From contig CAYFZV010000001.1 in assembly GCA_964347735.1 (NCBI GenBank), positions 1 through 45,893 on the forward strand: 45,893 nucleotides of DNA, written 5' to 3'. A program made the translations under genes and the position numbers. Positions 31,984 through 41,742 of this stretch are shown piece after piece. The stretch's first letter is position 1. Every line of letters starts with the position of its first letter. The notes beneath the pieces are model-generated. The model saw only the letters and a list, made by a program, of their open reading frames with translations. It did no database searches and was not told where the DNA came from. This stretch comes from an uncultured Gammaproteobacteria bacterium. GTDB taxonomy: Bacteria; Patescibacteriota; Patescibacteriia; SG8-24; DYFX01.

Positions 31984-32545
31984 CAGGCGGGACGTGGCAG
32001 CTGCGGCAGCGCGCTTCGTAGGATTCTTGGTCGCCGATCAGGACGAGCGGCTCGTCGGACGACGGGGCAGCGACACCGGGGCGAAGCTGGCTTCGAGTCG
32101 CGTTCAGATCCAGGCACTTCATGCAGACGGCTTTGAGCTTCGTGACGTCGTCGGCGATCGCGAGAAGTTGCGGCATCGAACCGAACGGCTCGCCGCGGAA
32201 ATCGGTGTCGAGCCCGGCGCACACCACTTCGTAGCCGCGTTGCAACAACGTTTCGACAACACCCACGATAGCGGGAGAAAAGAACTGCGCTTCATCGATG
32301 CCGACGAGGCCGTGACCGAAGTCCGGCACGGCCGCGAGGATCTCTTCAGCCCGATCGACAGTGAGTGCCTCGTGCGCTTGGCCGTCGCGCGAACGAACGA
32401 CATTGCTGGCACGTGTATCAACTTTCGGCTTGAAAGCGAAAACGCGGATGTTGGCGAAACTGGCGCGACGCAAGAGACGCGTGAGTTCGGCGCTCTTCCC
32501 CGAAAACATGCAACCGCAGACAACGTGGAGTGAACCGGCTTTCAT
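31970..32545 (-). CDS. tdk: thymidine kinase
   Basis: VVCGCMFSGKSAEL P-loop, IGIDEAQFF, and zinc ribbon CMKC...CRSCH. The ATG at 32545 is preceded by GGAGGAG. Confidence 0.9.
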   Translation of the reverse strand: MKAGSLHVVCGCMFSGKSAELTRLLRRASFANIRVFAFKPKVDTRASNVVRSRDGQAHEALTVDRAEEILAAVPDFGHGLVGIDEAQFFSPAIVGVVETLLQRGYEVVCAGLDTDFRGEPFGSMPQLLAIADDVTKLKAVCMKCLDLNATRSQLRPGVAAPSSDEPLVLIGDQESYEARCRSCHVPPDPVP

Positions 32546-32673
32546 ATCTCCTCCTTTCGAAGCCGGTTCAGTATATACGCGGGATCTCCGTTGAACCCAG
32601 TGGATAAACGCTCTACCCTTGGCAAAATGACGTTTTCGTGATGTAGTGTCGGCGCTTCTCGAAAGGAGGCCCC

Positions 32674-33678
32674 GTGACGCAAGACGAAGCACGCACCGAT
32701 CGCATCGATTGGCTGCATTCCATTCCCATGATCCTTGTGCACCTGGCGCCGCTTCTGGCGTTTTGGACGGGTACGCACGCGATCGATTGGATCATGTGCT
32801 TCGTCCTGTATTTCGCACGTATGTTCTTTCTTACCGCCGGCTTTCACCGCTACTTCGCGCACCGCAGCTACAAGCTCGGTCGCGTCATGCAGTTCGTGAT
32901 GGCCTTCGGCGGCGGTACCTGCGCGCAGAAGGGCGTGCTCTGGTGGGCCGCGCATCATCGCGATCACCATGCGCATTCCGACACGGAACTCGACGTCCAT
33001 TCGCCTATCAGAGGCATCTGGTGGTCGCACGCGCTCTGGTTCTTGAGCGGCGCGCACAAAGAGACGAAGTTCGATCGCGTCGAGGACCTTGCCACGTACC
33101 CGGAGCTTCGCTGGCTAAACCGCTGGTGGATCGTCCCGCCTACGATGCTCGGCCTCGCGTGCTTGATCTTCGGCGGCACGAGCATGCTGTTGATCGGTTT
33201 CGTGCTCTCGACAGTCTTTCTCTATCACGGTACGTTCACGATCAACTCACTCGCGCACATATGGGGCAGCCGGCGGTACGATACCGCTGATGACAGCCGC
33301 AACAACCCCGCGCTCGCCATCATCACGATGGGCGAGGGGTGGCATAACAACCACCATCACGCGCAGTGGTCAGCGCGACAGGGTCACCGCTGGTGGGAGA
33401 TCGACATGAGTTGGTACATCCTCAAAGTCCTTTCCTGGATCAGACTGGTGCGGAAATTGAAACCGCCTTCGCCGAAAATTCTCGAGACGAACCTTCTTCA
33501 AAAAGGCGCTCGCGATACCGGCAAGGAAGCCGTGCGTGTCCTCCGCGAAGCGCGCAAGAAAGCCGGACGCTACTACGTCGTCAAGAAAGAAGCGTTCAAC
33601 GCTGCCGTCGCTTCGGCAAAACAAGCCGCCGAAGATATGGTGCCTTCTCCGATCGACAAGGTCGGCCTCGACCCATAA
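32674..33678 (+). CDS. membrane acyl-CoA/acyl-lipid (delta-9 type) fatty-acid desaturase
   Basis: Three His boxes: HRYFAH, HHRDHHAHSD, and GEGWHNNHHH. GTG start 4 nt after GGAGG. Confidence 0.88.
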   Translation: MTQDEARTDRIDWLHSIPMILVHLAPLLAFWTGTHAIDWIMCFVLYFARMFFLTAGFHRYFAHRSYKLGRVMQFVMAFGGGTCAQKGVLWWAAHHRDHHAHSDTELDVHSPIRGIWWSHALWFLSGAHKETKFDRVEDLATYPELRWLNRWWIVPPTMLGLACLIFGGTSMLLIGFVLSTVFLYHGTFTINSLAHIWGSRRYDTADDSRNNPALAIITMGEGWHNNHHHAQWSARQGHRWWEIDMSWYILKVLSWIRLVRKLKPPSPKILETNLLQKGARDTGKEAVRVLREARKKAGRYYVVKKEAFNAAVASAKQAAEDMVPSPIDKVGLDP

Positions 33679-33682
33679 CGCC

Positions 33683-33718
33683 CGTCCCGACACAGCAGTC
33701 GGGACGTTTTCTTTTTTT
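33683..33718 (+). terminator. intrinsic terminator after the desaturase gene
   Basis: cgtcccgac-acagca-gtcgggacg followed by ttttcttttttt. Confidence 0.85.
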
Positions 33719-33729
33719 GACCTGAAGAC

Positions 33730-33758
33730 TTGAAATTTTCGCCTTAAAATGGTATGAT
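33730..33758 (+). promoter_or_regulatory. candidate promoter TTGAAA-17-TATGAT with TGG extended -10, 12 nt before the ATG at 33771
   Basis: cTTGAAAttttcgccttaaaatggTATGATacgtctacgaatATG. Confidence 0.6.
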
Positions 33759-33770
33759 ACGTCTACGAAT

Positions 33771-35195
33771 ATGCGCAGAAACCAGCTGACGTTCGCCGTC
33801 ATCCTCCTGCCTTTGGACTACGTGGCGCTGCTTTTGGCCGCCACGACCGCCCATCGGCTGCGCTTCGAGACCTTCGCGGACCTCCGTCCCGCCATCTCGC
33901 TGCTCCCCTACCCCGCCTTCTTCAAAGCTGCCGCCGTGGTCGCATTGGCGTATCTCGTGATCTTCGCGCTGACCGGCTTGTACGCGATCGAACGTCCGCG
34001 CCGACTGCTCGAAGAGGCGGTCAAGGTCGTTTCAGCCTGCACGCTCGGCGTGATGGGTCTCATCATTTTGATTTTCTTCCAGCGCGAACTCTTCACCTCG
34101 CGCTTCGTCGTGTTGGCGGCTTGGCTCCTGTCCATCGCCTACGTCGTGATCGCGCGCTTGCTCGTACGCCTGGTGAACCGCCAATTGCTGAAGCGCGGCA
34201 TCGGCGCGCGGCGTATCCTCGTCGTCGGCGGCAATGACCGTGCGACTGAAGCCATCGTCGCGCAATTCTCCAAAGATCCGGCGAGCGGTTACCGCATCGT
34301 CGGCCGCTTCCCGCGCTGGGACGAACACGCCGTGCGCGCAGCTTCCGCGCTCTGCTCTGACGACGCTGTCGACGAGGTGTTCGTGACCGATCCTGAAACC
34401 GGCAAAGAGGAAATGCGCGCCGTCGTCGAATTCGCCGAGGATCGCCATCTCACCTTCCGCTACGCCGCCGACACGCTGGCCGCGCACGCTGCCCTCATGT
34501 CCACGACAATTGCGGGCATTCCCGTGATCGAAGTCAAACGCACGAAACTCGAAGGCTGGGGTCGCGTCTACAAGCGCGTCTTCGACGTCGTCGCTTCCCT
34601 CCTCCTGATCATCGTCACGTCGCCGATCATGTTGCTCGCCGCCATCGCCGTCGCTCTGGAATCTCGCGGACCGGTCATTTTCCGCAACGCGCGCGTCGGT
34701 CATGAAGGCCGCATGTTCCGCGTCTACAAATTCCGTTCGATGCGCGCGGACGTATCGATCGGCGAACAATTCGGCGATCAGCGCGCCGCGCTCGAACTAG
34801 AGCAGAAATTGATCGCCGAACGCAGTTTGAAAGACGGTCCGGTCTACAAGATCAAGGATGACCCGCGCGTGACCCGCGTCGGCCGCTTTATCCGCCGCTT
34901 TTCGATCGACGAACTCCCGCAATTTTTCAACGTTTTAAAGGGTGACATGAGCCTGATCGGCCCGCGTCCGCACCAGCCGCGCGAGGTCGAGAAATACCAG
35001 CGCCATCAGAAGCGCGTGCTGATGATCCGCCCGGGCATTACCGGTCTCGCCCAGGTGTCCGGCCGCTCCGATCTGGCCTTCGAAGACGAAGTCCGCCTCG
35101 ATACCTTCTACATCGAAAACTGGACGCCGCTCATGGACCTCGCGATCTTAATGAAGACGCCTGCGGTCGTCTTCGCCGAGAAAGGCGCGTACTGA
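33771..35195 (+). CDS. polyprenyl-phosphate glycosyl-1-phosphate transferase (bacterial sugar transferase, WbaP/EpsB-like)
   Basis: [77 protein letters not shown]. Confidence 0.9.
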   Translation: MRRNQLTFAVILLPLDYVALLLAATTAHRLRFETFADLRPAISLLPYPAFFKAAAVVALAYLVIFALTGLYAIERPRRLLEEAVKVVSACTLGVMGLIILIFFQRELFTSRFVVLAAWLLSIAYVVIARLLVRLVNRQLLKRGIGARRILVVGGNDRATEAIVAQFSKDPASGYRIVGRFPRWDEHAVRAASALCSDDAVDEVFVTDPETGKEEMRAVVEFAEDRHLTFRYAADTLAAHAALMSTTIAGIPVIEVKRTKLEGWGRVYKRVFDVVASLLLIIVTSPIMLLAAIAVALESRGPVIFRNARVGHEGRMFRVYKFRSMRADVSIGEQFGDQRAALELEQKLIAERSLKDGPVYKIKDDPRVTRVGRFIRRFSIDELPQFFNVLKGDMSLIGPRPHQPREVEKYQRHQKRVLMIRPGITGLAQVSGRSDLAFEDEVRLDTFYIENWTPLMDLAILMKTPAVVFAEKGAY

Positions 35196-35196
35196 T

Positions 35197-36351
35197 ATGA
35201 AAGTCGCGCTCGTCCATGATCATCTGGTACAGGACGGAGGAGCCGAAAAAGTCTTGCTCGCGCTGCAGGAAATTTTTCCGAACGCGCCGACGTTCACGCT
35301 GCTGTATGACCCGTCGCGCGTGAGCAAGGCGTTCGCCGGCAAAGACATCCGCACGTCTTTTTTACAGAAACTTCCATTTGGCCTGCGCAAATACCAATGG
35401 TTTTTGCCGCTCATGCCGGCGGCGACCGAGAGCCACGACTTGTCCGCATTCGACGTCGTGATTTCGAGCTCCAGTGCGTTCGCCAAGGGCGTGATCACCA
35501 AGCCCGGCACGCTGCACATCTGCTATTGCCACACGCCGACGCGCTATCTCTGGAGCGACACCCACAGTTACGTGCAGGAATTGAACGCGAACCGGCTGAC
35601 AAAAGCGCTTCTGCCGATCCTACTCAACCGCCTGCGCGTATGGGATCGCTTGTCGTCCGACCGCGTCGACCGCTTCATCGCCAACTCCAAAACCGTCGCC
35701 GAGCGCATCCGTAAATATTACGATCGCGATTCCGAAATTATCTATCCGCCGGTGGAGACGGAAAAATTCTCTATTTCTGAAAAACCGGGCGCGTACTTCC
35801 TGGCCGGCGGCCGCCTCGTTTCGTACAAGCGCTTCGACCTGATCATCCAGGCCTTCAACCGCCTGGGCCTGCCGCTCAAGATTTTCGGCGACGGCCCGCT
35901 GGCCGGAGAATACCGGACGTCCGCGCGGCCCAACATCGAATTCGTCGGCAAGGTCAGCGATGCGGAGAAGGCCGAACTCTATCGCAACGCGAGTGCCTTT
36001 ATCCATCCGCAGGAAGAAGACTTTGGCATTACGGCCCTCGAATCGATGGCGGCCGGCCGACCCGTCATCGCGTACGGCAAGGGCGGCGCGCTCGAGACAG
36101 TCGTTCCAGGTGTGACCGGCGAGTTTTTCGTCGATCAGGAGTGGGAAGACCTGGCTGCGACCATCATCCGTTTCGATCCTTCCGCCTACGATGCGAAAGC
36201 GATCCGTGCGCACGCCGAAGCTTTCGACGTGAAGATCTTCAAGCGCCGCATTGCGGCATTCGTGTCCGAAGCCTGGAAAACGCATAACACATCGGGCGTT
36301 CTTGAAAAAGAAAAGCGCGAGGAGCGCGCCGTCCAACCCTCACACGCATGA
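35197..36351 (+). CDS. GT4-family glycosyltransferase
   Basis: EEDFGITALESMAAGRPVIAYGKGGALETV (E-x7-E motif). Starts 1 nt after the upstream stop. Confidence 0.85.
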   Translation: MKVALVHDHLVQDGGAEKVLLALQEIFPNAPTFTLLYDPSRVSKAFAGKDIRTSFLQKLPFGLRKYQWFLPLMPAATESHDLSAFDVVISSSSAFAKGVITKPGTLHICYCHTPTRYLWSDTHSYVQELNANRLTKALLPILLNRLRVWDRLSSDRVDRFIANSKTVAERIRKYYDRDSEIIYPPVETEKFSISEKPGAYFLAGGRLVSYKRFDLIIQAFNRLGLPLKIFGDGPLAGEYRTSARPNIEFVGKVSDAEKAELYRNASAFIHPQEEDFGITALESMAAGRPVIAYGKGGALETVVPGVTGEFFVDQEWEDLAATIIRFDPSAYDAKAIRAHAEAFDVKIFKRRIAAFVSEAWKTHNTSGVLEKEKREERAVQPSHA

Positions 36352-36956
36352 AACGCCACCTGATCCGTTTCTTTTCGAAGCCTCACCAAGCGATTTTCGC
36401 GACCGCGATCGCCGTCGCACTGCTTTTCGGCGCCGTCGCGACAACGCTCCCGCCGCGCGTCAAAGTTTCGCTCTCGTTCACGGTCGCGCAGCAGGCGCGC
36501 CAGGAAACGGCGGACTATTCCTATGACGGCTACTACGTCATCCGCGCTTCGGAACTGATCTCCGACACGCTTATCAGCTGGCTCTCGACACCGTCCGTGA
36601 TCAAGGAAGTCTACGACGCTGCGAATGTTCCGCTCTCCGACACGCAGGCGTACGCCGCGGCTGGCCGCGCTTTCCGCGCCAAGAAATTTTCCAGCCAAAA
36701 CGTCGTCGTGACATTCGAAGCACCTGACACCGTCGTCGCCGCCAAACTCGCGACTGCGGCTTCGAAAACGCTTTCAACGCGCGCGGACGGCCTTGTCACT
36801 TCTTCTACGGACGACTCCCTCTTCTCCGTCACGGGCGCGGAACCCGTCATCGCGGAAGCCGGCGTCCCGCCGAAACGGGCCGCGCTGGCTGGCGCTTTCG
36901 TAGGCGCTTTCATCGGTCTTGCGCTTGCGTACGCCACCACGCGCAACGTCGTCTAA
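36348..36956 (+). CDS. small Wzz-like (chain-length determinant type) two-TM protein
   Basis: TM at both ends (AIFATAIAVALLFGAV and LAGAFVGAFIGLALAYA) around a soluble region. Its start overlaps the upstream stop by 4 nt. The family assignment is tentative. Confidence 0.55.
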   Translation: MKRHLIRFFSKPHQAIFATAIAVALLFGAVATTLPPRVKVSLSFTVAQQARQETADYSYDGYYVIRASELISDTLISWLSTPSVIKEVYDAANVPLSDTQAYAAAGRAFRAKKFSSQNVVVTFEAPDTVVAAKLATAASKTLSTRADGLVTSSTDDSLFSVTGAEPVIAEAGVPPKRAALAGAFVGAFIGLALAYATTRNVV

Positions 36957-36971
36957 CGCGCGGTCACGCAG

Positions 36972-38114
36972 ATGACTCCGGCTAAGCTCATCAAACCGCG
37001 CGTCCTCATGGACGGACGTGCGCTGCTCGATCCGTCTGGCGGCGGCGTCTTCACCTATGCCAGAAAAACCGCGTTCGCATTGAAGATTTCCGCGCGCCTG
37101 GACCTGGAAATCTGGGCCAATGCCGCGCAGGCGGCCGCCGCGGAAGGCATCGACACGTTCACCCGGTATCCGAACAAATTCCTGAACGGCGCCATGCGTC
37201 TGTGCGGAGCGCCGCGTCTCGACCGGCTTGCCGCGTCCAAGCCGGATCTCTGCTGGCTGCCGAATCCGAATTTCATCGCGTTGTCGCCGAACGTTCCGCT
37301 TGCGCTCACGATCCACGACCTGACGTTCGAAACCTATCCGGAATTTTTTTCCTTGAAACAGCGCCTCTGGCACCGCGCCGTCGCTCCCCGTTCGCTCGCG
37401 CGACGCGCACAGCTCGTGCTTGCGGTGTCGGAAACCACGAAACGCGATGCCGTGGAACGCTGGGGACTGTCTCCTGAACGCGTGGTCGTGACGCACGAAG
37501 GAGTTTCGTCCGATTTTTTTGACGCGCCGCCGCAAGACGCATTGCGACGCGCAAAAGAGACACACCGATTGCCGGAGCGATTCATCTTGCATGTCGGCGC
37601 ACTCGAACCCCGCAAAAACCATTTAGGATTGCTCGAGGCCTATCATCAGTTACGACCGCAGGCACGCTACTCCGGTCTCGGACTCGTGTTGGCCGGGCCC
37701 GCGGGTTGGAATAACGCCGAAATCTTCGCCGCCATCCGCAAGAGCCCGTACCGCGCCGACATCCGTCTCCTCGGTTACGTGAGCGATCTCGATCGCCGCT
37801 GCCTTTATCGTCTGGCTTCCGTTTTCGCCTTCCCCTCTTTTTACGAAGGCTTCGGCCTGCCGCCCCTTGAGGCCATGGCTTCGGGCACCCCGGTCGTCGC
37901 TTCCCACGCGGGGGCGCTCGGCGAAGTGATCGGCAACGCCGGATTGCTGACCGATCCGTACCGCCCGACCGAAATCGCGGCCGGACTCACCTCTGTGCTC
38001 GACTCCCCCTCCCTCTCCGACCTCTACATCGCGCGTGGACGGACGTGCGCGAAGCGTTTTACATGGCAGGAATGTGCAAAAAAAACAGAGGAGGCGTTCC
38101 TACGCTTTCTTTGA
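36972..38114 (+). CDS. GT4-family glycosyltransferase
   Basis: FPSFYEGFGLPPLEAMASGTPVVASHAGALGEVIG. Confidence 0.85.
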   Translation: MTPAKLIKPRVLMDGRALLDPSGGGVFTYARKTAFALKISARLDLEIWANAAQAAAAEGIDTFTRYPNKFLNGAMRLCGAPRLDRLAASKPDLCWLPNPNFIALSPNVPLALTIHDLTFETYPEFFSLKQRLWHRAVAPRSLARRAQLVLAVSETTKRDAVERWGLSPERVVVTHEGVSSDFFDAPPQDALRRAKETHRLPERFILHVGALEPRKNHLGLLEAYHQLRPQARYSGLGLVLAGPAGWNNAEIFAAIRKSPYRADIRLLGYVSDLDRRCLYRLASVFAFPSFYEGFGLPPLEAMASGTPVVASHAGALGEVIGNAGLLTDPYRPTEIAAGLTSVLDSPSLSDLYIARGRTCAKRFTWQECAKKTEEAFLRFL

Positions 38115-38171
38115 ACCGTTCCGCCCTTCCTTCAGCTTTATCAACAGGGCCGAAAATGCTACACTGGACCC

Positions 38172-39311
38172 ATGAGAATCGGCATTGACGCGCGGTTTTT
38201 TGGACCGGTTGGCAAAGGGCTTGGCCGCTATACCGAGAGGCTCATTCAGAACCTGGAGGGGGTCGGCAATGAGCATGAATTCGTGATCTTCCTGCGAAAA
38301 GAGAATTTTGGCTTGTATCAGCCAAAATCTACGAGATTTCGCAAGGTTCTGGCGGATTTCGCCTGGTACTCGTTCGCGGAGCAGGTGCGCTTTCCCGCGC
38401 TGATCGCGCGCGAAAAGATCGATCTCATGCATTTCCCCCACTTCAACGTGCCGGTTTTCACGCCGTGTCCGTTCGTGGTGACCATCCACGACCTTATCCT
38501 TTTCCGGTATCCGACCCGACGTGCGACCACGCTGAACGCAGCGATGTACGGTTTCAAATACGCTGCGTATCTGCTGACGATCCGTCTCGCGGTCTGGCGC
38601 GCAAAAAAAATCATCGCCGTCTCCGAATACACGAAAAAAGATATCGTGCGTTCGCTGGGGGTGGCGTCGGAAAGGATCGCCGTCACCTACGAGGCCTCGG
38701 ACGGCGTCGAAGCCGGCCAGCTCACGATCCCCGGCACGTTCGATCCCGGGGCCAAGGGTATCCGGCGTCCGTACTTTCTCTACGTCGGCAACGCGTATCC
38801 GCATAAAAATCTCGAACGTCTTCTCGCTGTCTTCAAAAAATTGCGCAACGAAGGCGTCGATGCCCAGCTCGTCTTGGTCGGCAAAATCGATTATTTCTAC
38901 GAGCGGTTGAAGGGCGAAGCCGAAAAGCTCGGACTGCTCGAAAAAGGTGACGCTGTCTTCTACGGGTACGCGACGGAGGCGGAGCTTGCGGAGCTCTATC
39001 GTCGCGCACGGGCCTACGTCTTCCCGTCGCTGCTCGAGGGCTTCGGTCTTCCCCCGCTTGAAGCGATGCGCTACGGCACGCCGGTCGCGGCCGCAGACTC
39101 CTCCTGCCTGCCGGAAGTCCTGGGTGATGCCGCCTTGTACTTCAATCCGGAGGACGTCGACGCGATGGCCGACGTGATGCGCCGCATCTTCTCAGACGAA
39201 ACGCTGCGCGCGACGCTGGCCGAACGCGGGTTCCAGCGCGCAGAACGCTACAGTTGGAAAGAGTGCGCGGAAGGCACGTACCAAACCTATCTTTCTTCAC
39301 TTCAGCCATGA
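38172..39311 (+). CDS. GT4-family glycosyltransferase
   Basis: FPSLLEGFGLPPLEAMRYGTPVAAADSSCLPEVLG. Confidence 0.85.
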   Translation: MRIGIDARFFGPVGKGLGRYTERLIQNLEGVGNEHEFVIFLRKENFGLYQPKSTRFRKVLADFAWYSFAEQVRFPALIAREKIDLMHFPHFNVPVFTPCPFVVTIHDLILFRYPTRRATTLNAAMYGFKYAAYLLTIRLAVWRAKKIIAVSEYTKKDIVRSLGVASERIAVTYEASDGVEAGQLTIPGTFDPGAKGIRRPYFLYVGNAYPHKNLERLLAVFKKLRNEGVDAQLVLVGKIDYFYERLKGEAEKLGLLEKGDAVFYGYATEAELAELYRRARAYVFPSLLEGFGLPPLEAMRYGTPVAAADSSCLPEVLGDAALYFNPEDVDAMADVMRRIFSDETLRATLAERGFQRAERYSWKECAEGTYQTYLSSLQP

Positions 39312-41734
39312 CGGAGTTCACACGGGAGGAACTGACGGACGAGGCGGCAGATCGGCGCAAAGACGTGCCGATCGGTTCCGCATCTTCGGTTTCTCCGCAC
39401 GTCGTGGATCTCTCGTCTTTTTCCCGGCATGCGCCGAAGGGGCCGAGACCGGAATTGGATTTTGAACAGAAAATCAGTATCTGGTGGCGCGCGCTGATGC
39501 GCTCCAAGGAGGAGCACCGTGCGATCGTGCCGTTCATGCCGCACAGAAAAGCGCCGCGCGTTTCCATCATAGGTTTTTTGAAATTGCCGTTCGCGCTCTT
39601 GGCGCTGCCGTTTACGCGGAAAAAGTCTTCCAAGATTCCGGCGCGTCCCGATCGTGTCCTGATCGCGAAGGCACACACCGAGGGCCCTACACCGGTCACC
39701 ATCAGGCTTTCCAAAAAAACCAAACCTGCTTTTTCTTTTTTTCCGGATGCCAGTTGGAAGCGCCACGTGCTCGCCTTCGCGATCATCGCGATCGTCGTCA
39801 CACTGCCTCTGCAGGCCTTGTTGTCGTATGCAGGACTTTTGAAGCGCGCAGGCGTGATCGCAGCTGACGCCCAAGAGGCGGTCGGAGGCCTTAAGAATGC
39901 GGGCGAAAACGCGCTCAAGGACGGCGGTGCCGCCCAGGATTCGTTCGCCCGTTCCGCAGGCGCGTTCGCCGCAACCCGCGACCATGTCGACGACGTCGCG
40001 GTGCGTTTGGCGGCGCTTTTGACCGGCAACGGCGAAAAACTTTCGAGCGGCACGAAACTTCTGGACGCCGGCGAGGCGGTCTCGAAAGCCGGGGCGGAAC
40101 TCGCCGCGGGCCTCGACGCAATGCAGCGCTCGCAAGGCACCAACGCCGAAAAAATCGAACGCATGTCGCGCGCGCTGGCGGCGGCGCTCCCCTATCTCGA
40201 AACCGGCATCGCGAAGCTCGACGACGTTTCGCCGCGCAGCGTGCCGGCCGCGTACCGCGAAGGATTCCTGCACATCCGCACGGACGTGAAGGCGGCGCTC
40301 GAAGACGTGAAGCGCGCTTCAGCATCTTCTTCGGCGCTGCTCGACGCGATCGGCGCGAACGGCAAGCGCCGGTATCTCGTCGTCTTTCAAAATGCAAACG
40401 AACTCCGCCCGACCGGCGGCTTCATCGGTTCGTTCGCGCTCATGGATCTCAAAGACGGCAAGATCGAGCAGATCGAAATTCCCGCCGGCGGTTCCTATGA
40501 TCTCCGCGGCGGCTTCAATCAGCGCATCGCAGCACCCGAGCAACTTCGTCTTGTGAACGCGCGATGGGAATTCCAGGACGCCAACTGGTTCCCTGATTTT
40601 CCGACCTCGGCGCAGTCGCTCATGTGGTTCTATGAGAAAAGCGGCGGACCGACCGTCGACGGCGTGATCGCCGTCACTTCGGGACTCATGCAGGATCTGT
40701 TGCGCGCCGTCGGTCCGATCGAGATGCCGGAACGCGGCAAGACCATCACGTCCGACAATTTCATGATGGAAACCCAAAAAGCCGTTGAGATCGAATACGA
40801 CCGCGTGACGAACCGGCCGAAGCAGATCATTTCCGACATGGCGCCGAAGCTGCTCAAGAAACTCGTCGACGGCGGCTCGTCCGACTTGCCGGCTTTGGCC
40901 GGCGCGCTCGGCCGCGCGCTCTCGTCGAAAGACATCCAGGTCTATCTTCGCGACGAAGCGATGCAGCAGACGGCTGCAGACTTTGGTTGGACCGGCGCGC
41001 TTCGTCCGATCGAAGGAGCCGACTATCTCGCCGTGATCGACACGAACATCGCCGGCGGGAAGACGGACGGCGTCATCGAGGAGCGCGTGCGCCACGAAAC
41101 GCAGGTCGGGGAAGACGGCGCGATTACGAACGTCGTCACGGTGACGCGCACGCATCTCGGCAAAGCCGGAGAGCTGTTTACCGGCATCAAGAACATCGAT
41201 TACATGCGCGTGTACGTGCCGAAAGGCAGCACGCTCCTTTCCGCGGAAGGCTTTCAGGCTCCCGGCTCCGGTTATTTCCTACCGCCCGACACGACGCTCC
41301 AGCCGTCGACGCTTCTCGCCGCCATCGAGGGTCCGACGACGACGCAGGCCGGCTCCGGCACGACGATTCACGACGAATCGGGTCTGACCGTCTTCGGCAA
41401 CTGGGTCCAGCTCGAGCCCGGCGAAACGAAGACCGTCAAAATCAGCTACAGGCTCCCCTACCGCTTCGACGACCTGATCCGCAAACCGGATTCTTGGACC
41501 GATCGGCTCAAGGCAACGCTCGCCGCCTACGCCCCGAGCGCAGACATGAAACTCGTCGTGCAGAAACAACCCGGCGCCACCCATCGCACATTCGAAAGCC
41601 GCATGGTACTGCCGGAAGGCTGGACAATCCGTTCGAGCGTCCCCGATGAAGCGAAGCCGAAACCCGGCAGCTTGGATTTCAGCACGACGCTCGATCGCGA
41701 CCTGTACGTCGGCATGGTGCTCGTGAAACGCTAA
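39308..41734 (+). CDS. DUF4012-domain membrane protein
   Basis: KRRYLVVFQNANELRPTGGFIGSFALMDLKDGKI is the DUF4012 signature. The ATG at 39308 overlaps the upstream stop (ATGA). Confidence 0.8.
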   Translation: MTEFTREELTDEAADRRKDVPIGSASSVSPHVVDLSSFSRHAPKGPRPELDFEQKISIWWRALMRSKEEHRAIVPFMPHRKAPRVSIIGFLKLPFALLALPFTRKKSSKIPARPDRVLIAKAHTEGPTPVTIRLSKKTKPAFSFFPDASWKRHVLAFAIIAIVVTLPLQALLSYAGLLKRAGVIAADAQEAVGGLKNAGENALKDGGAAQDSFARSAGAFAATRDHVDDVAVRLAALLTGNGEKLSSGTKLLDAGEAVSKAGAELAAGLDAMQRSQGTNAEKIERMSRALAAALPYLETGIAKLDDVSPRSVPAAYREGFLHIRTDVKAALEDVKRASASSSALLDAIGANGKRRYLVVFQNANELRPTGGFIGSFALMDLKDGKIEQIEIPAGGSYDLRGGFNQRIAAPEQLRLVNARWEFQDANWFPDFPTSAQSLMWFYEKSGGPTVDGVIAVTSGLMQDLLRAVGPIEMPERGKTITSDNFMMETQKAVEIEYDRVTNRPKQIISDMAPKLLKKLVDGGSSDLPALAGALGRALSSKDIQVYLRDEAMQQTAADFGWTGALRPIEGADYLAVIDTNIAGGKTDGVIEERVRHETQVGEDGAITNVVTVTRTHLGKAGELFTGIKNIDYMRVYVPKGSTLLSAEGFQAPGSGYFLPPDTTLQPSTLLAAIEGPTTTQAGSGTTIHDESGLTVFGNWVQLEPGETKTVKISYRLPYRFDDLIRKPDSWTDRLKATLAAYAPSADMKLVVQKQPGATHRTFESRMVLPEGWTIRSSVPDEAKPKPGSLDFSTTLDRDLYVGMVLVKR

Positions 41735-41742
41735 CGCTTTCT

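Noticed and set aside
34032-41155. Minus-strand ORFs of 238-340 aa across the glycan cluster (34032..34769, 35620..36336, 36774..37622, 38100..38804, 39142..40164, 39302..40273, 40319..41155)
   Set aside because: All are antisense to plus-strand genes with clear sugar-transferase, GT4 or DUF4012 motifs.
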